This document shows, piece by piece, positions 38,897 to 50,831 of a stretch of 64,000 nucleotides of DNA. Under the pieces are notes generated by a model that searched no databases, was not told the origin of the DNA, and saw nothing but the letters and a program-made list of their open reading frames with translations. Source of the stretch: a virus; IMG/VR virus record IMGVR_UViG_3300013132_000041, positions 11,569-75,568 of that record, one strand, 5' to 3'. The position numbers and the translations under genes are program-made. The stretch's first letter is position 1. Every line of letters begins with the position of its first letter.

Positions 38897-40255
38897 ATGC
38901 CAGCAATAATTACTCAAAATCTAAGATTTCATAATTCTGAGCAGTTTTATGAAGCGTTTACTGAACCAGCTAACACTTTGATTTATGTGTTCATAGCTAA
39001 ATCTAGCCCATGGAACGATAATCTTGATACTGTTGGGGTAGTCGCTAATAGAGTCGATAGTCCAGAATTGACCTATAAGTTATATGATGAAATGATAGCA
39101 ATGAAACGTGTCTTATCTACGGATGTAGAATATGTTGTACCTCGATACGATTGGGTATCTGGTACTGTTTATAATTATTATGATCATACGTCTAATACTC
39201 TTTTTAATAATGAAATTACAACTAGAGTAGGAATAGCAGGGGCAGTACAACAAACTCTACAGCCTTTTTATGTTTTAGATACAACTACATTTAATGTTTA
39301 TAAGTGTTTAGCTAATAGTAAGGGAGCACCATCTACTGTAAGACCTGCAGGTTCCTCCGCTAATGTCATTACTATGGGTGACGGATATCAATGGAAGTAT
39401 ATGTACAATATTCCTGCAGGTAAAAGAAGTAGATTTTTGAATAGTGATTTTATGTATGTTACAGATAATAATTATTCTGCTAATATAGATGGTGCGTTGG
39501 ATATAGTTGTAGTTACTAATACTGGATCAGGGTATACAAGTGCGCCCAATGTTACTATTTCTGGGGATGGAGTTGGAGCTACAGCCAATGTAACCTTATC
39601 GGGAAATACTGTAGCTAATGTCAATATAGTATCCAGAGGTAGCGGATATAGATATGCAAATGTTTCTTTTTCTGGAGGTGGTGGTTCCAATGCCTCAGCT
39701 AGAGTAATTATTGGGCCGAAAGGTGGGCATGCCGCGAATGCAAGATTAGAATTAGGTGGATTCTTTTTAATTCTAGCCCCACAATTAATAAATGAGGAAA
39801 GTGGAATTTTTCCTGTTGATAATGACTTTAGAGTGCTAGGATTAATAAAGGATCCGCTTGAATATGGTACTATTACTGTAGCGTCGGGTAGTACTTATTC
39901 TTTGAGAAAAAATTTATATCTAGCTAATGTAACAGGCGCATTTTCTTTGGATGAATTTTTAGCAGGTAGTAATTCAAAAGCAAATGCTATAGTTACATCA
40001 ATCTCCGCAGATGCAGGAAATGCCAAAGCTAATGTGAAATATTATCAAGCATCTGGTGCTACCGCCAACGCAAATTCTTTTTCGGTTGGGGATACGGTAA
40101 CAGGGTTAAGTTCAGGTGCCGCTGGCAATTTATTGTCAATAACAAATGAAGATATTGAACCAGATTCGGGTCAAATTTTATATGTAGATTCTTTTAGACC
40201 TATACAAAGAGCTATAGATCAAACAGAAAGTTTACAATTAGTAATAGAATTTTAA
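38897..40255 (+). CDS. gp8: Baseplate wedge subunit gp8
   Basis: MPAIIT, VVPRYDW.SG, VYKCL.N, DGYQWKYMY, NDFR..GLI.DP, SGQILYVD...I.R..DQTE...VIEF. Confidence 0.9.
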   Translation: MPAIITQNLRFHNSEQFYEAFTEPANTLIYVFIAKSSPWNDNLDTVGVVANRVDSPELTYKLYDEMIAMKRVLSTDVEYVVPRYDWVSGTVYNYYDHTSNTLFNNEITTRVGIAGAVQQTLQPFYVLDTTTFNVYKCLANSKGAPSTVRPAGSSANVITMGDGYQWKYMYNIPAGKRSRFLNSDFMYVTDNNYSANIDGALDIVVVTNTGSGYTSAPNVTISGDGVGATANVTLSGNTVANVNIVSRGSGYRYANVSFSGGGGSNASARVIIGPKGGHAANARLELGGFFLILAPQLINEESGIFPVDNDFRVLGLIKDPLEYGTITVASGSTYSLRKNLYLANVTGAFSLDEFLAGSNSKANAIVTSISADAGNAKANVKYYQASGATANANSFSVGDTVTGLSSGAAGNLLSITNEDIEPDSGQILYVDSFRPIQRAIDQTESLQLVIEF

Positions 40256-40264
40256 AGGTAACTC

Positions 40265-43200
40265 ATGTACGTTAGTAGCCAAAGTCCTTTTTACGACGAT
40301 TTTAATGAATCCAAAAAGTTTTATAGAATCTTATTTCGTCCGGGTAGAGCAGTTCAAGCTAGAGAACTGACACAATTACAATCTATTTTACAAAAACAGA
40401 TTGAAAGATTTGGCTCTCATATCTTTAAAGAGGGATCAATTGTTATACCTGGTTCCCAATTTTATGAAACTAATTATAACTACGTAAAATTGCAGGCAAC
40501 GTATAATTCTATCGATGCTGATAATGTTATAGATGATTTGGTGGGAGAAATAATTGTAGGTCAAACTAACAACGTACGAGCAAGGGTAGTTAAAGTAATT
40601 ACGTCCGAAGGTATTGATCCTCCCACACTTTATGTAAAATATTTAAATTCAGGAACCAATGGTACTACTTATTTGTTTGAAGATAATGAAATTTTACAAC
40701 AAGATACCGTTGGATCACCTATAAATGTTAGAGCTATTTCTGCAAATGCTACAGGTATAGGGTCTGCTTTTAGTATTAAAAGCGGTGTAATATTTGTAAA
40801 AGGTATATTTGCATATTTTGAAGACTCAACGTTGGTAGTTAGCAAATACTCAAAACAAACTTCAGATAAAAGAATAGGATTTTTGATTACTGAGGAAGTA
40901 ATAGACGACCAAGATGATTCATCGTTACTTGATCCGGCAGTCGGAACAGCAAATTATTTTGCTCCAGGCGCAGAAAGATATAAATTAGATCTAACACTTG
41001 AAGCCAGAGGTATTTCTTTTGATTCCGCTGTTGATGATACTAACTTTATAGAATTGCTAAGATTACAAAATAATGAAATAGTTTTTCAAAAGCCTAAGGT
41101 TGAATATAATATTTTAGCTGACGAACTAGCTAGAAGAACATATGATGAGTCTGGAGATTATTCCGTAATTCCGCATAAAATAGATTTACTAGAACATCTT
41201 AGAACATCTAATAATAGATTAGACGGATACTTGACAGTTAGTCAAGGAGGCGATGATAGTAAGTATGTAGTAAAAGTCATGCCAGGAAAATCCTATATCA
41301 AAGGATATGAAATAGAAACTTTAACCAACAAATATATTGTTGGTAATAAAGCTAGAAATTTTGCTAACGTAAATTCTGGAACCGTATCTGTTGAAGTGGG
41401 AAATTATGTAAATATTACCGATGTGCATAGTTTGCCGGACGTATTGACTTTAAGTAAAGTAAATTTATATAATAAATTTGTGACAGGCAAAGGGGCGACC
41501 CCATCAAACGCAGTTCTTGTGGGTAATGCAAGAGTAAGGGCCTTTGAATATTCTTCGGGTACCGTGGCCAATAGTACAACCGGGGTTTATTCTTTGTATC
41601 TTTTTGATGTTAGTATGGTTACTGGGTATAAATTTGAAAATGATGTAAAATCTTTTTATTATGATAATTCAGGTTTTGAGGATTTTACAGCAAATATTGT
41701 TCCTACACGTGTATCTATAACAGGTTCTGCTACAACAACTAATAGTAGTAATGTTATAACAGGTTCAGGTACTCTTTTTAATTCGGAATTGGTTGCCAAC
41801 GCTTATGTTAGTATAGGAAATCAATTATTTCAAGTTGCAAGTATAAGTAATAATATTTCATTTTTTGCTACAACTAATGCTAATTCTAGTGTAACAGGCG
41901 AAACAATCTATATCAATAAAGCAACTATAAATTCCAATGATAAACAAAGTTATGTATTCGAAACACCATATAAGTACATAAAAACTATTGATCCTGATGA
42001 AACAGAAACAACTTATACTGCAAGAAGAATAGTTGATACTAACTTATCGAGCGGTAATATTACTCTAACTGCTAGAACTAATGAGACATTCTCACCATAT
42101 TCTGTAGATAATTATAAAATTTTAATTAAACAGTACGGTAGATATGAGGATTTAACAGGTAAAGTTACAAGAGGTGGAACTCCTACAGGTAGAACTTTAA
42201 CTATTCAATTAGGTGCTAATACAAATATTACAACAGATGCAGTGAGAATTTTTGCTACAGTTAATAAAACTAATTCTGCTGCATTGGAAAAGAATAAAAC
42301 TTTACAAACTAATTCTACAATAGATTATACAGATGCTAATACTGCAGCTGCTGCTATAGTATCATTAGGAAAAGCAGATGTATATAAATTGGTATCCGTT
42401 AGTATGTCAAGTACTGCATTTGGGACAAGTTATAGTTCAACTAATGCGACAGATATAACTAATAGATATTCATTTGATAACGGTCAAAGATTACAATTTT
42501 ACGATGTCGGTAGAATCACACTTAAACCAAATCAAGCTAAACCCACTGGTCCTATAAGAATAACTTTTGATTATTTTACTCATAGTACCACCGGCGATTA
42601 TTTTAGTGTTGACTCTTACACTGATATAGAATATAAAGATATACCTGCGGTAAATTTAAATGGAAAAACCTATAATCTAAGAGATTGCTTAGATTTTAGG
42701 CCTAGAATAGGTGACGATTCTACATTTTCTGCAACAAGCTCAGTTATAAACGAGTTTTTAGATCAAGAAACTGATTTTCAAACAGACTACCAATATTATT
42801 TACCTAAAACAGATAAATTGGTGTTGGATCGTTCCGGTAATATTTTTATAGTTTCAGGTATAAGTAGTAATAATCCAAAAGAGCCAAGTACACCTGAAAA
42901 TGCAATGGCATTGTACGTGTTCCGTCAATCCCCTTACGTAAGAAATGTAGAAATTGATGTCAATGTCACTGAGATTGATAATAGAAGATTTACAATGCGA
43001 GACATTGGTCGTATTGAATCTAGAGTTAAAAATTTAGAATATTACACGTCGTTAAATTTGCTAGAAACACAAACAGCAACGTTACAAATACAAGATTCTT
43101 TGGGCTTTGATAGATTTAAAAACGGTTTTGTTGTAGATAATTTTTCTGGGCATGGAATAGGAGATGTATCTAATCCCGATTATAAGGTGTCTATAGATTA

Positions 43201-44890
43201 CAATAAAAAAGAAATAAGACCTCTAGTTAATCAAATTTTCAAACCTTTATACGAGGTAAATTTATATTCTACGCCCGATACTATAACAAACAGAACAGCA
43301 AATAATTATTCTGTAGTAAACAAACTCATTTTGCCGAAATATACACACGAGGCGTTAGTTTCTAGCACAAGTGCAACTAGAACTGAATTTGTAAATCCTT
43401 TTAATATTACAACATTTAGAGGCATTTTGACTCTAAATCCTTCATCAGATTCTTGGCACGATGAATTATTGTTACCTATTCTTAATGAAAATAATAATGG
43501 TAATTATGATTCTTTGACTAGTATTTCTCAAATACAAAGAAAATACGAATCTATATATGGTAATTGGAGAGATATATGGTATGGTAATGAAAGAACCAGT
43601 GATAAAGATACAGGTGATGGGGCATTAAGAAAAACTTCTACAATTCGTACATCTGATCTTATTTTAAATAGTACCGGTAATAGATATGAGATTATGGAAA
43701 CCTTGGATACAACTGTTACTGATGAAAAAGTTATATCCAGAGTAGTTATACCATTGATGCGAGATAAGGAAATACATTTTACACTAAAAGGTATGAAACC
43801 CAATACAAAATTATATGCCTTTTTTGATGATATAAATGTTACTAATTTTACATGTATAAGTTATCAAAGAGCAAATGTAATTGCTACACTAACAGGTGAA
43901 ACTGCAGACGAGGTTATTAGAAATAGAAATCTAATTACTGATCAATATGGAGATTTAGAGGGCGTATTTAGTTATTCTGCTTCACAATTTAAAGTATCGG
44001 CAGGTAGTAAAAAATTAAGATTTAGTGATTCTGTTAATAATAGTACAGATCAAACTACATTTGCTGAGGCAGTATTTTCTTCTAATGGACAGTTAACATT
44101 TAAAGAGAAAATTATTTCTACTCAACCTGTGAATGTAAACACTGCTTCTTCCAATCCGAATACCTCAGGCACATACCCACCATCTACCGTGGGTCCGTTG
44201 GGATTTTCCTCAGTCACACCTGGCGGCGAGGTAATTAAACCTGTTACTAATTTTGGATTATTAGTTGCTGGAGGGCCGTCAATAGGCGCATATAATACAG
44301 AGAAAAATCAAGAAATTTTTGCAGATAAACTAGAGGAACAGGGATTCGTTGCTGCAGATATTGTAAATTTAACTTCGGATGTAGGTTTGGCGGGCGCATA
44401 CGATGCAGCTGATACTTTTCCAACAAGTACTAATCAATTCGATTATAAAGAATTTTTTGATGAAGCTTCAACAAGCACAGGTGCTATTAGTTCTGCTATT
44501 ACTTCTGCAGGTGCGTCTGGAGATAAAGTAATAGATCATTTCTCTGCAGCTTATGAAACAGCGAAATCTATGATAGGCGATGCAGCATATGCAGTATCAG
44601 CGTGGAATTGTGTGAGTGATGCGATTAAAAATAACCCCGGAGCAACTATTGATCAATTAGCAGATAAATATGGTTTTCCTGGTTGGAAGGGCAATCCTTT
44701 CGTAGAGGCCGTGTATTCTGTAGAAACTGATTCAGCTTTAAAAGCAGCCACAGGATTAAATGATCAATATCATGATACCGGAGATTATAAATTACATTTA
44801 AGTGCATCTTTAGTTGCAGGAAAAATGACTATGGGAACTATTCGTGCTCAAGATAATGATTTTATTTTGAATTCTATAAGTGGTAATTAG
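40265..44890 (+). CDS. Large virion structural protein (DUF4815/VrlC-like), N-terminal part
   Basis: PFYDDFNE.KKFYRILFRPGRAVQARELTQLQS, APGAERY, ARRTYDESGDY, DRFKNGFVVDNF. Confidence 0.8.
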   Translation: MYVSSQSPFYDDFNESKKFYRILFRPGRAVQARELTQLQSILQKQIERFGSHIFKEGSIVIPGSQFYETNYNYVKLQATYNSIDADNVIDDLVGEIIVGQTNNVRARVVKVITSEGIDPPTLYVKYLNSGTNGTTYLFEDNEILQQDTVGSPINVRAISANATGIGSAFSIKSGVIFVKGIFAYFEDSTLVVSKYSKQTSDKRIGFLITEEVIDDQDDSSLLDPAVGTANYFAPGAERYKLDLTLEARGISFDSAVDDTNFIELLRLQNNEIVFQKPKVEYNILADELARRTYDESGDYSVIPHKIDLLEHLRTSNNRLDGYLTVSQGGDDSKYVVKVMPGKSYIKGYEIETLTNKYIVGNKARNFANVNSGTVSVEVGNYVNITDVHSLPDVLTLSKVNLYNKFVTGKGATPSNAVLVGNARVRAFEYSSGTVANSTTGVYSLYLFDVSMVTGYKFENDVKSFYYDNSGFEDFTANIVPTRVSITGSATTTNSSNVITGSGTLFNSELVANAYVSIGNQLFQVASISNNISFFATTNANSSVTGETIYINKATINSNDKQSYVFETPYKYIKTIDPDETETTYTARRIVDTNLSSGNITLTARTNETFSPYSVDNYKILIKQYGRYEDLTGKVTRGGTPTGRTLTIQLGANTNITTDAVRIFATVNKTNSAALEKNKTLQTNSTIDYTDANTAAAAIVSLGKADVYKLVSVSMSSTAFGTSYSSTNATDITNRYSFDNGQRLQFYDVGRITLKPNQAKPTGPIRITFDYFTHSTTGDYFSVDSYTDIEYKDIPAVNLNGKTYNLRDCLDFRPRIGDDSTFSATSSVINEFLDQETDFQTDYQYYLPKTDKLVLDRSGNIFIVSGISSNNPKEPSTPENAMALYVFRQSPYVRNVEIDVNVTEIDNRRFTMRDIGRIESRVKNLEYYTSLNLLETQTATLQIQDSLGFDRFKNGFVVDNFSGHGIGDVSNPDYKVSIDYNKKEIRPLVNQIFKPLYEVNLYSTPDTITNRTANNYSVVNKLILPKYTHEALVSSTSATRTEFVNPFNITTFRGILTLNPSSDSWHDELLLPILNENNNGNYDSLTSISQIQRKYESIYGNWRDIWYGNERTSDKDTGDGALRKTSTIRTSDLILNSTGNRYEIMETLDTTVTDEKVISRVVIPLMRDKEIHFTLKGMKPNTKLYAFFDDINVTNFTCISYQRANVIATLTGETADEVIRNRNLITDQYGDLEGVFSYSASQFKVSAGSKKLRFSDSVNNSTDQTTFAEAVFSSNGQLTFKEKIISTQPVNVNTASSNPNTSGTYPPSTVGPLGFSSVTPGGEVIKPVTNFGLLVAGGPSIGAYNTEKNQEIFADKLEEQGFVAADIVNLTSDVGLAGAYDAADTFPTSTNQFDYKEFFDEASTSTGAISSAITSAGASGDKVIDHFSAAYETAKSMIGDAAYAVSAWNCVSDAIKNNPGATIDQLADKYGFPGWKGNPFVEAVYSVETDSALKAATGLNDQYHDTGDYKLHLSASLVAGKMTMGTIRAQDNDFILNSISGN

Positions 44891-44907
44891 TATAGACAAG
44901 GACAGCA

Positions 44908-46758
44908 ATGACAACATCTAGTAGATTAATAAGCAGTAGTATTTTAAGTGAGGGCTCTACTTTAACTTATTTGGATCCTTTGGCTCAGTCTTTTTTAGTT
45001 ACCGAGCCTAGTATTTTAACTAAAGTGGACCTATATTTTTCTAATAAAGATGATGTATTACCTGTTAAAATTGATATTAGAAAAATGATTAATGGGTCTC
45101 CTAGCACAATTATAGTACCATTTTCAGAAAAAAATATTGCCGCGGCTAATATTTTGACAAGTGCTAATTCTTTAGTTGCTACTTCAGTGGAATTCAATGA
45201 CCCAGTATTTGTAGAAGCTGGAGAATATTGTCTAACTTTATTTTCAGATTCAAATAAAACTAAAGTATGGATAGCACAACTAGCAGAAACAGATGTAGCA
45301 ACTGGCATAGTTGTGCAAAAACAACCAACTTTAGGCGTTTTATTTAAAAGTCAAAATGGTTCAACTTGGACACCTGATCAATTACAAGATTTAAAATTTA
45401 CTTTATATAGAGCAAAATTTACTCCTGGCCAAACATCTACAGTTGAATTTTATCCTGGTTCAATTTCACATCTTCAAGTTTTACCGTATGATCCACTTGA
45501 AATTTATCCTAACAGAACTACGTTAAAAGTATACCATCCAAATCATGGATTATCAGACGGATCTAAAACATTAATTAGCCAAATTTATCCAGCTAATCTT
45601 ATGTCTACTGTTACTTATTATGGTTTATTTCCTAATAATATAACAGGTTTCGTTCAAACGGTAAGTAATGTCACTCCTGATTCTTACACCGTAAACATGT
45701 CAGGGGTTCCTAACTCTTCTATTACGGGAATAACGAGATTCGGAGGCAAAGCAATAACAGCTTTTTCGGATTTCAAATTTACTGATTTTTTCCCAGCCAT
45801 TTCTATTCTTAAAAATTCTGATTCTACAGTTACTCATTCTGTTAAACTGACTTCTTTAGATTATTCTGAAGACAATTCTTTTACTGTCGCTACACCAAAC
45901 AAAGATAATAATCTAGATGCAGCAAAAGTATTACCTTCTGAAACCAATAGGTTCGTTAGTATGGGGAACGCTAAAGCTTTAACATATAAAATAGAAATCA
46001 TAACTAATGAGGAATACAATGCTCCTATTATTGATACTGAAAAAATAGGCTTAGTTTTATTCAATAACAAAATAAATAATCCTACCTTTGAAACTGAACA
46101 TAAGGTGGATGCTGAAATACGGCTTATAACTTCTGGTTGTACAACTAGTTTTACTAATTTAACTACAAACACTGGCACTGTAGATTTGTCAAATACAAAC
46201 GCAAGAGCAAATGCAGTTAGTATCGCTAAAGGAACAACTTTAAGAATATTGGGGGCGAATAATTCGGGGAATGTTAGAGTATTAGAAATTTTAAATAATG
46301 GTGCTAATATTTTAGTAAATGGTACTATTACTACTGAAGCTGCTAATGGTTCGGCATCAAGTAATGTAATAGTATTAAGTGGATCCAAATTTATATCTGA
46401 AGAAGCAGCATCTGGCGGATCTGCTATGTCTCGTTATATTACTAGACCTCTTAATTTTATAAATCCTAGTACGGCTTTTAAGTTTTTCTTAGATGTATCT
46501 AAACCTGTAGATACAAATTTAAAATTCTATTATAGAACAAGTTTAGTAGGTGAAACATCCACATTATCAGAAAAAGAATTTACCGAAATTACAAGTGTAT
46601 CCATGGCCAATTCTTTGGGTGGAGAATTTTATGAGATAGAAAAGTTAATAGATAATTTAGAAAGTTTTGACGGGTTACAATTCAAGATAGTATTTCTTTC
46701 TGATGATATGACTAAAGTACCTAAATGTAGAAATCTTAGATTAGTAGCAATAGCATGA
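44908..46758 (+). CDS. Virion structural protein (VrlC-like C-terminal part)
   Basis: DPLAQSF, GVLFKSQNGSTWT..Q.QDLKF.LYRAKF, C-terminal P...NLRLVAIA. Confidence 0.75.
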   Translation: MTTSSRLISSSILSEGSTLTYLDPLAQSFLVTEPSILTKVDLYFSNKDDVLPVKIDIRKMINGSPSTIIVPFSEKNIAAANILTSANSLVATSVEFNDPVFVEAGEYCLTLFSDSNKTKVWIAQLAETDVATGIVVQKQPTLGVLFKSQNGSTWTPDQLQDLKFTLYRAKFTPGQTSTVEFYPGSISHLQVLPYDPLEIYPNRTTLKVYHPNHGLSDGSKTLISQIYPANLMSTVTYYGLFPNNITGFVQTVSNVTPDSYTVNMSGVPNSSITGITRFGGKAITAFSDFKFTDFFPAISILKNSDSTVTHSVKLTSLDYSEDNSFTVATPNKDNNLDAAKVLPSETNRFVSMGNAKALTYKIEIITNEEYNAPIIDTEKIGLVLFNNKINNPTFETEHKVDAEIRLITSGCTTSFTNLTTNTGTVDLSNTNARANAVSIAKGTTLRILGANNSGNVRVLEILNNGANILVNGTITTEAANGSASSNVIVLSGSKFISEEAASGGSAMSRYITRPLNFINPSTAFKFFLDVSKPVDTNLKFYYRTSLVGETSTLSEKEFTEITSVSMANSLGGEFYEIEKLIDNLESFDGLQFKIVFLSDDMTKVPKCRNLRLVAIA

Positions 46759-46967
46759 AATATTTAGTAAAAGATCATCCGGGGTTGATAAGAGACCCTA
46801 ATTCTAAAGCTATTATAAACGAAAATCAAAAAGCATATGAGAAATATTTAAAAGAAAAACAACTAAGAGATAAAAATATCTATTTTGAAAATGAAATAAA
46901 TAATATGAAATCTGATATTTCTGAGATAAAATATATCTTACGTGAGTTATTAAACAAACAGGCGTAA
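46755..46967 (+). CDS. Small hypothetical protein
   Basis: VKDHPGLIRDPNSKAIIN plus coiled coil. Confidence 0.7.
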   Translation: MKYLVKDHPGLIRDPNSKAIINENQKAYEKYLKEKQLRDKNIYFENEINNMKSDISEIKYILRELLNKQA

Positions 46968-46970
46968 TAA

Positions 46971-49286
46971 ATGTCCATTTTTAATAGTAACACTGTATCA
47001 AATGTAAATGTAGGTTTCGCTGCAAACGACGGAACAGGCGATCCCTTACGAACTGCCTTTGAAAAAATAAACAATAACTTTTTTGATGTTTATGTGTTTT
47101 TAGGTAACGGAACACACTTAGGTAATGTTACTCAAATCAATATTCTTGGTGGAAATTTAGTAGGTGTAGCTAATGTTTCCACTTCTAATACTGTATATAC
47201 TGGTAATCTTAGTACTCCTACTATTTTTCATAATTCCGGCACAATAGACATAAAAAATAATCTCAATGTTACAGGTGATTTGGATGTAGATGGAGGAGAT
47301 TTAACTTTTAGTGCATCTACTATAAACATAGCAGGAACTCCAACAACAATAAGAATTGGAGCATCAGCAAGCACCGTTAATGTGGGATCTACTTCCGGCA
47401 CAACAACTGTTAGAAACGATTTAAGAGTATTATCTGATTTGAATGCTCTAGGTAATGTGGCAGCAGGAAATGTAAGTACAGACAGAGGAGTGTTCACATT
47501 TATAACAGGTGACCATGATACCGGCACACTAAGAAATGCAGTAGTAGTAGAAAAATCACCTTATGTTAATGTTACTCTTTCTGGCAACATTACTGGTACT
47601 GCTAACGTATTACTAAGCAATTTAGCTGGGAATATTTTAAATATTACGGCAAATCTTGAAAATACAGGAGTTACCCCTACCACTTATGGTAATTCTAGAA
47701 TAGTATCTAGAATTACAGTGGACGCAAAGGGAAGAATAACATCTGCAGCAAATGTAGCTTTAGGTGATATCGTTCTTGGAACAGAAACTTCGGGGCCATA
47801 TGTAGCTAATTTAACTTTCGGTAATGGTATTGCTATATTTAATTTAGCAGATGAAAGTGCTACTCCTAACATTAGATTAACTACAACAGGAGTTACCCCT
47901 ACCACTTATGGTAATTCCAGACAAATACCTAGTATAGTTGTGGATGGTCAAGGTAGATTGACCTCGGCTAGTAATATATCTTTAGGTGATATCGTTCTTG
48001 GAACAGAAACTGCCGGAGCATTTGTAGGTAATGTCTTAGGTGGTACTGGTGTAAGTATCACTGGGCAAGGCGGAGAGTATGCTAACATTGTTGTAAATAT
48101 TGGGCAAGCTGTTAATACTACAGCAAATGTGAATTTCAATAATGTTACTGTCCAAGATCGCGTAAATGCTGCAACAGGACTATTTACTGGTAATGTCACA
48201 GTAGGAAACATAATAGTATCAGGCACAACAACTACAGCCGGGACACAAATTATTACCGGTAATATTACAGTACAAAATTTAATAGCAGAAGGTGCGCCCC
48301 AAACCGGAGGATCTGTTGTACAAAGTGTACAAGGTAGATTCAGTAGCAATGTAACCACCGGAAACGTTAGTGGTACTAGAGGCAATTTTACTAGAATAAA
48401 TGGTATTTTTGATTCGGGTAGTATTAGTTCTACAGTTACATTTCCAAATACCGGTGTTAATGCTGCTAACTATGGCAATAATTCTCATCATGTAGGTTTA
48501 GTAATAGATAGCACAGGTAGAATTACTTCTGCTAATATGATTCCTTTTGCGGCAGGTCCTACTGGTCCACAGGGAGCACAAGGATTTCAAGGAGCTACGG
48601 GCCCGCAGGGTGCAACAGGTGCCCAAGGTGCAGCAGGGGTTCAAGGAGCTACGGGCCCGCAGGGTGCAACAGGTGCCCAAGGTGCAGCAGGGGTTCAAGG
48701 AGCAACAGGTACTGCCGGCGCACAAGGTCCAGCAGGGGTCCAAGGAGCAGCAGGTGCCCAAGGAGCAACAGGTACTGCCGGCGCACAAGGTGCAGCAGGG
48801 GTTCAAGGAGCTACGGGGCCGCAGGGTGCAACAGGTGTACAAGGTGCAACAGGTGTACAAGGTGCAGCAGGTGTCCAAGGTGCCCAAGGATTTCAAGGCG
48901 CTACTGGTCCACAAGGATTAAATTCCTCTGTAAACTTTTTTGCATCGAACGTTACTGCCAATGTAAATTTATTTACTGCTAATCTTATAGTTTCTAATGC
49001 AATAACTGAAGGTGTAGTAACTATATCTCATAATACGTTGACAGCAAATAATGGCACCATTTTAACTAGGCACTTAACAGGAACAACAACTTTTACAGAT
49101 GGATTATTAAGCGGGCAATCACTTACTTTACTTTTGTATGGTGGAAATACTTATTCGGTGACTTGGCCAACAACAACTTGGATAAGTACTTCAGGTAGTG
49201 TAGCGCCTACATTACAATCAAAACACGGTTTAGTATTCTTCAAACAAAGTTCTAACTTATTTGGTGTTTCTTTAGGATATTTTTAA
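46971..49286 (+). CDS. Baseplate-attached fibre with gp9/gp10-like N-terminal motif and collagen segment
   Basis: [21 protein letters not shown]; duplicated [12 protein letters not shown] module; Gly-X-Y run. Confidence 0.8.
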   Translation: MSIFNSNTVSNVNVGFAANDGTGDPLRTAFEKINNNFFDVYVFLGNGTHLGNVTQINILGGNLVGVANVSTSNTVYTGNLSTPTIFHNSGTIDIKNNLNVTGDLDVDGGDLTFSASTINIAGTPTTIRIGASASTVNVGSTSGTTTVRNDLRVLSDLNALGNVAAGNVSTDRGVFTFITGDHDTGTLRNAVVVEKSPYVNVTLSGNITGTANVLLSNLAGNILNITANLENTGVTPTTYGNSRIVSRITVDAKGRITSAANVALGDIVLGTETSGPYVANLTFGNGIAIFNLADESATPNIRLTTTGVTPTTYGNSRQIPSIVVDGQGRLTSASNISLGDIVLGTETAGAFVGNVLGGTGVSITGQGGEYANIVVNIGQAVNTTANVNFNNVTVQDRVNAATGLFTGNVTVGNIIVSGTTTTAGTQIITGNITVQNLIAEGAPQTGGSVVQSVQGRFSSNVTTGNVSGTRGNFTRINGIFDSGSISSTVTFPNTGVNAANYGNNSHHVGLVIDSTGRITSANMIPFAAGPTGPQGAQGFQGATGPQGATGAQGAAGVQGATGPQGATGAQGAAGVQGATGTAGAQGPAGVQGAAGAQGATGTAGAQGAAGVQGATGPQGATGVQGATGVQGAAGVQGAQGFQGATGPQGLNSSVNFFASNVTANVNLFTANLIVSNAITEGVVTISHNTLTANNGTILTRHLTGTTTFTDGLLSGQSLTLLLYGGNTYSVTWPTTTWISTSGSVAPTLQSKHGLVFFKQSSNLFGVSLGYF
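48555..48918 (+). repeat. Collagen-like Gly-X-Y repeat
   Basis: [18 protein letters not shown]... triplets with internal DNA duplications. Confidence 0.95.
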
Positions 49287-49936
49287 TGGCTTGGGTAATT
49301 AGAAAAGCAGGTGTAACTAAAACATTCACAACTAATTGGACAACAACTTGGTTAACTAGTTATACAACAAGTTGGACAACATCGTGGAATAGTACATACA
49401 CAACCTACACATATTCAAATACCACAACCTATTGGACTTCAGTAGTTCAACAGTATGCCGGTGAAGGCCCTGTGATTGTGGGTTATAATTCAAGGAATAG
49501 TACATATACAACCTCATGGAGTTCTTTCGTAAATAATGCAGAACAATGTGCCGTGGCAGGTTCTTGTTTTCAATCATATGATAGTCAATTAGGAGGCTGG
49601 TATGCAGATAATTGCCCTCCCGGTCAACCTGTAGCACCATGTGTTACTAATGTTAACTCTGCGCCTAACTTATTGGGAAATGGAGTAGTATTTTATATAA
49701 CTTATTACTCTCCCCAAACAGTAGCTATTAATACTACTAAAAGCCAAAATACCAATGCGACTGTTTATGATCCTATTTATGCACCGGGTCCAATTTATAA
49801 CTATGATTATTACAGTACTTCAGGTTCTACAAGCACAATAATAGCAAGTAATAATACTACTGCAACATTTAGCCAAAGTACATCTAGAAATACATCAAGT
49901 AATACTTCTCAAAATACTTCAAGGATTACGTCTTAA
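49286..49936 (+). CDS. Thr/Ser-rich putative structural (fibre tip) protein
   Basis: TTNWTTTWLTSYTTSWTTSW and TSRNTSSNTSQNTSRIT 4-residue periodicity. Confidence 0.6.
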   Translation: MAWVIRKAGVTKTFTTNWTTTWLTSYTTSWTTSWNSTYTTYTYSNTTTYWTSVVQQYAGEGPVIVGYNSRNSTYTTSWSSFVNNAEQCAVAGSCFQSYDSQLGGWYADNCPPGQPVAPCVTNVNSAPNLLGNGVVFYITYYSPQTVAINTTKSQNTNATVYDPIYAPGPIYNYDYYSTSGSTSTIIASNNTTATFSQSTSRNTSSNTSQNTSRITS

Positions 49937-49948
49937 TGGGGATAAAAC

Positions 49949-50446
49949 ATGCATTTTGCTAAATTAGATGAAAATAATGTTCCTATAGTTGATCCTATTT
50001 CTGAAAAAAATTTAAGAGCTACGTTGAATTGGATTTCTTTACCTGAAAAAATTACCCCTGATTCTATCGCAGGTACAGGGTTTGTTTGTGTTAGAGCAGG
50101 CAAAGAAGGAGAAGCATTTTCTTCAAATTTGACTCATATCTGTAAACTATCAGGATATGCTATTGATGAAGAAAATCCTGGGTATTATAGACCCATATAT
50201 ACGTTAGAAGAATTATTACCAGATAAAAAACTTAAAAGAATAGAAGATCAAAAAAATAAATTACGTGCAGAAAGAACTAAAAAATTTCAAGAATTAGATT
50301 TTATGGTAGCTAGAGCTTTGAGAGAATCAAGAATGAATTTACCATTAACTATTCCTTTAGATGTTTTAGATGCCTATGGTCAAGCTTTAGCAAACATAAC
50401 TGATCAATCAGATGTATTTAATGTAAATTGGCCGAGTATAAATTAA
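49949..50446 (+). CDS. Putative tail fibre assembly chaperone
   Basis: C-terminal LRAER...YGQALANITDQ....NVNWP resembles phage tail assembly chaperones. Confidence 0.65.
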   Translation: MHFAKLDENNVPIVDPISEKNLRATLNWISLPEKITPDSIAGTGFVCVRAGKEGEAFSSNLTHICKLSGYAIDEENPGYYRPIYTLEELLPDKKLKRIEDQKNKLRAERTKKFQELDFMVARALRESRMNLPLTIPLDVLDAYGQALANITDQSDVFNVNWPSIN

Positions 50447-50447
50447 A

Positions 50448-50831
50448 ATGAATCCCATACCATTTCTGTCGTCAAGTAATACTTTACCTAGTATATTAGT
50501 GAATGTTAATACTACTTATGATACTAGTGATTACGACACTACATCTGCATTAGCTAAAAGAATAGAAATATGTAAAAGTTGCCCAGAATTAAATAGTTTA
50601 AATTTTTGTAAACAATGCGGTTGTTATATGCCATTAAAGGTAAGAATTAAATCTAGTGAATGCCCTTTAAAGAAATGGAATAGACTAGAAATAACTATCC
50701 CTGAAACTAAAGATGATTTAAAAAATTTAGAATTAAATGATTTAAAAAATAAAATGAATTCTGATAATGTATCAACAACTGATAAAGAGATTTATAATGA
50801 AATTTTCAAAAGAATTAATGCGGGACAATAA
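50448..50831 (+). CDS. Cys-rich hypothetical protein
   Basis: R..ICKSCP...CKQCGCYM..K......CPLKKW. Confidence 0.7.
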   Translation: MNPIPFLSSSNTLPSILVNVNTTYDTSDYDTTSALAKRIEICKSCPELNSLNFCKQCGCYMPLKVRIKSSECPLKKWNRLEITIPETKDDLKNLELNDLKNKMNSDNVSTTDKEIYNEIFKRINAGQ

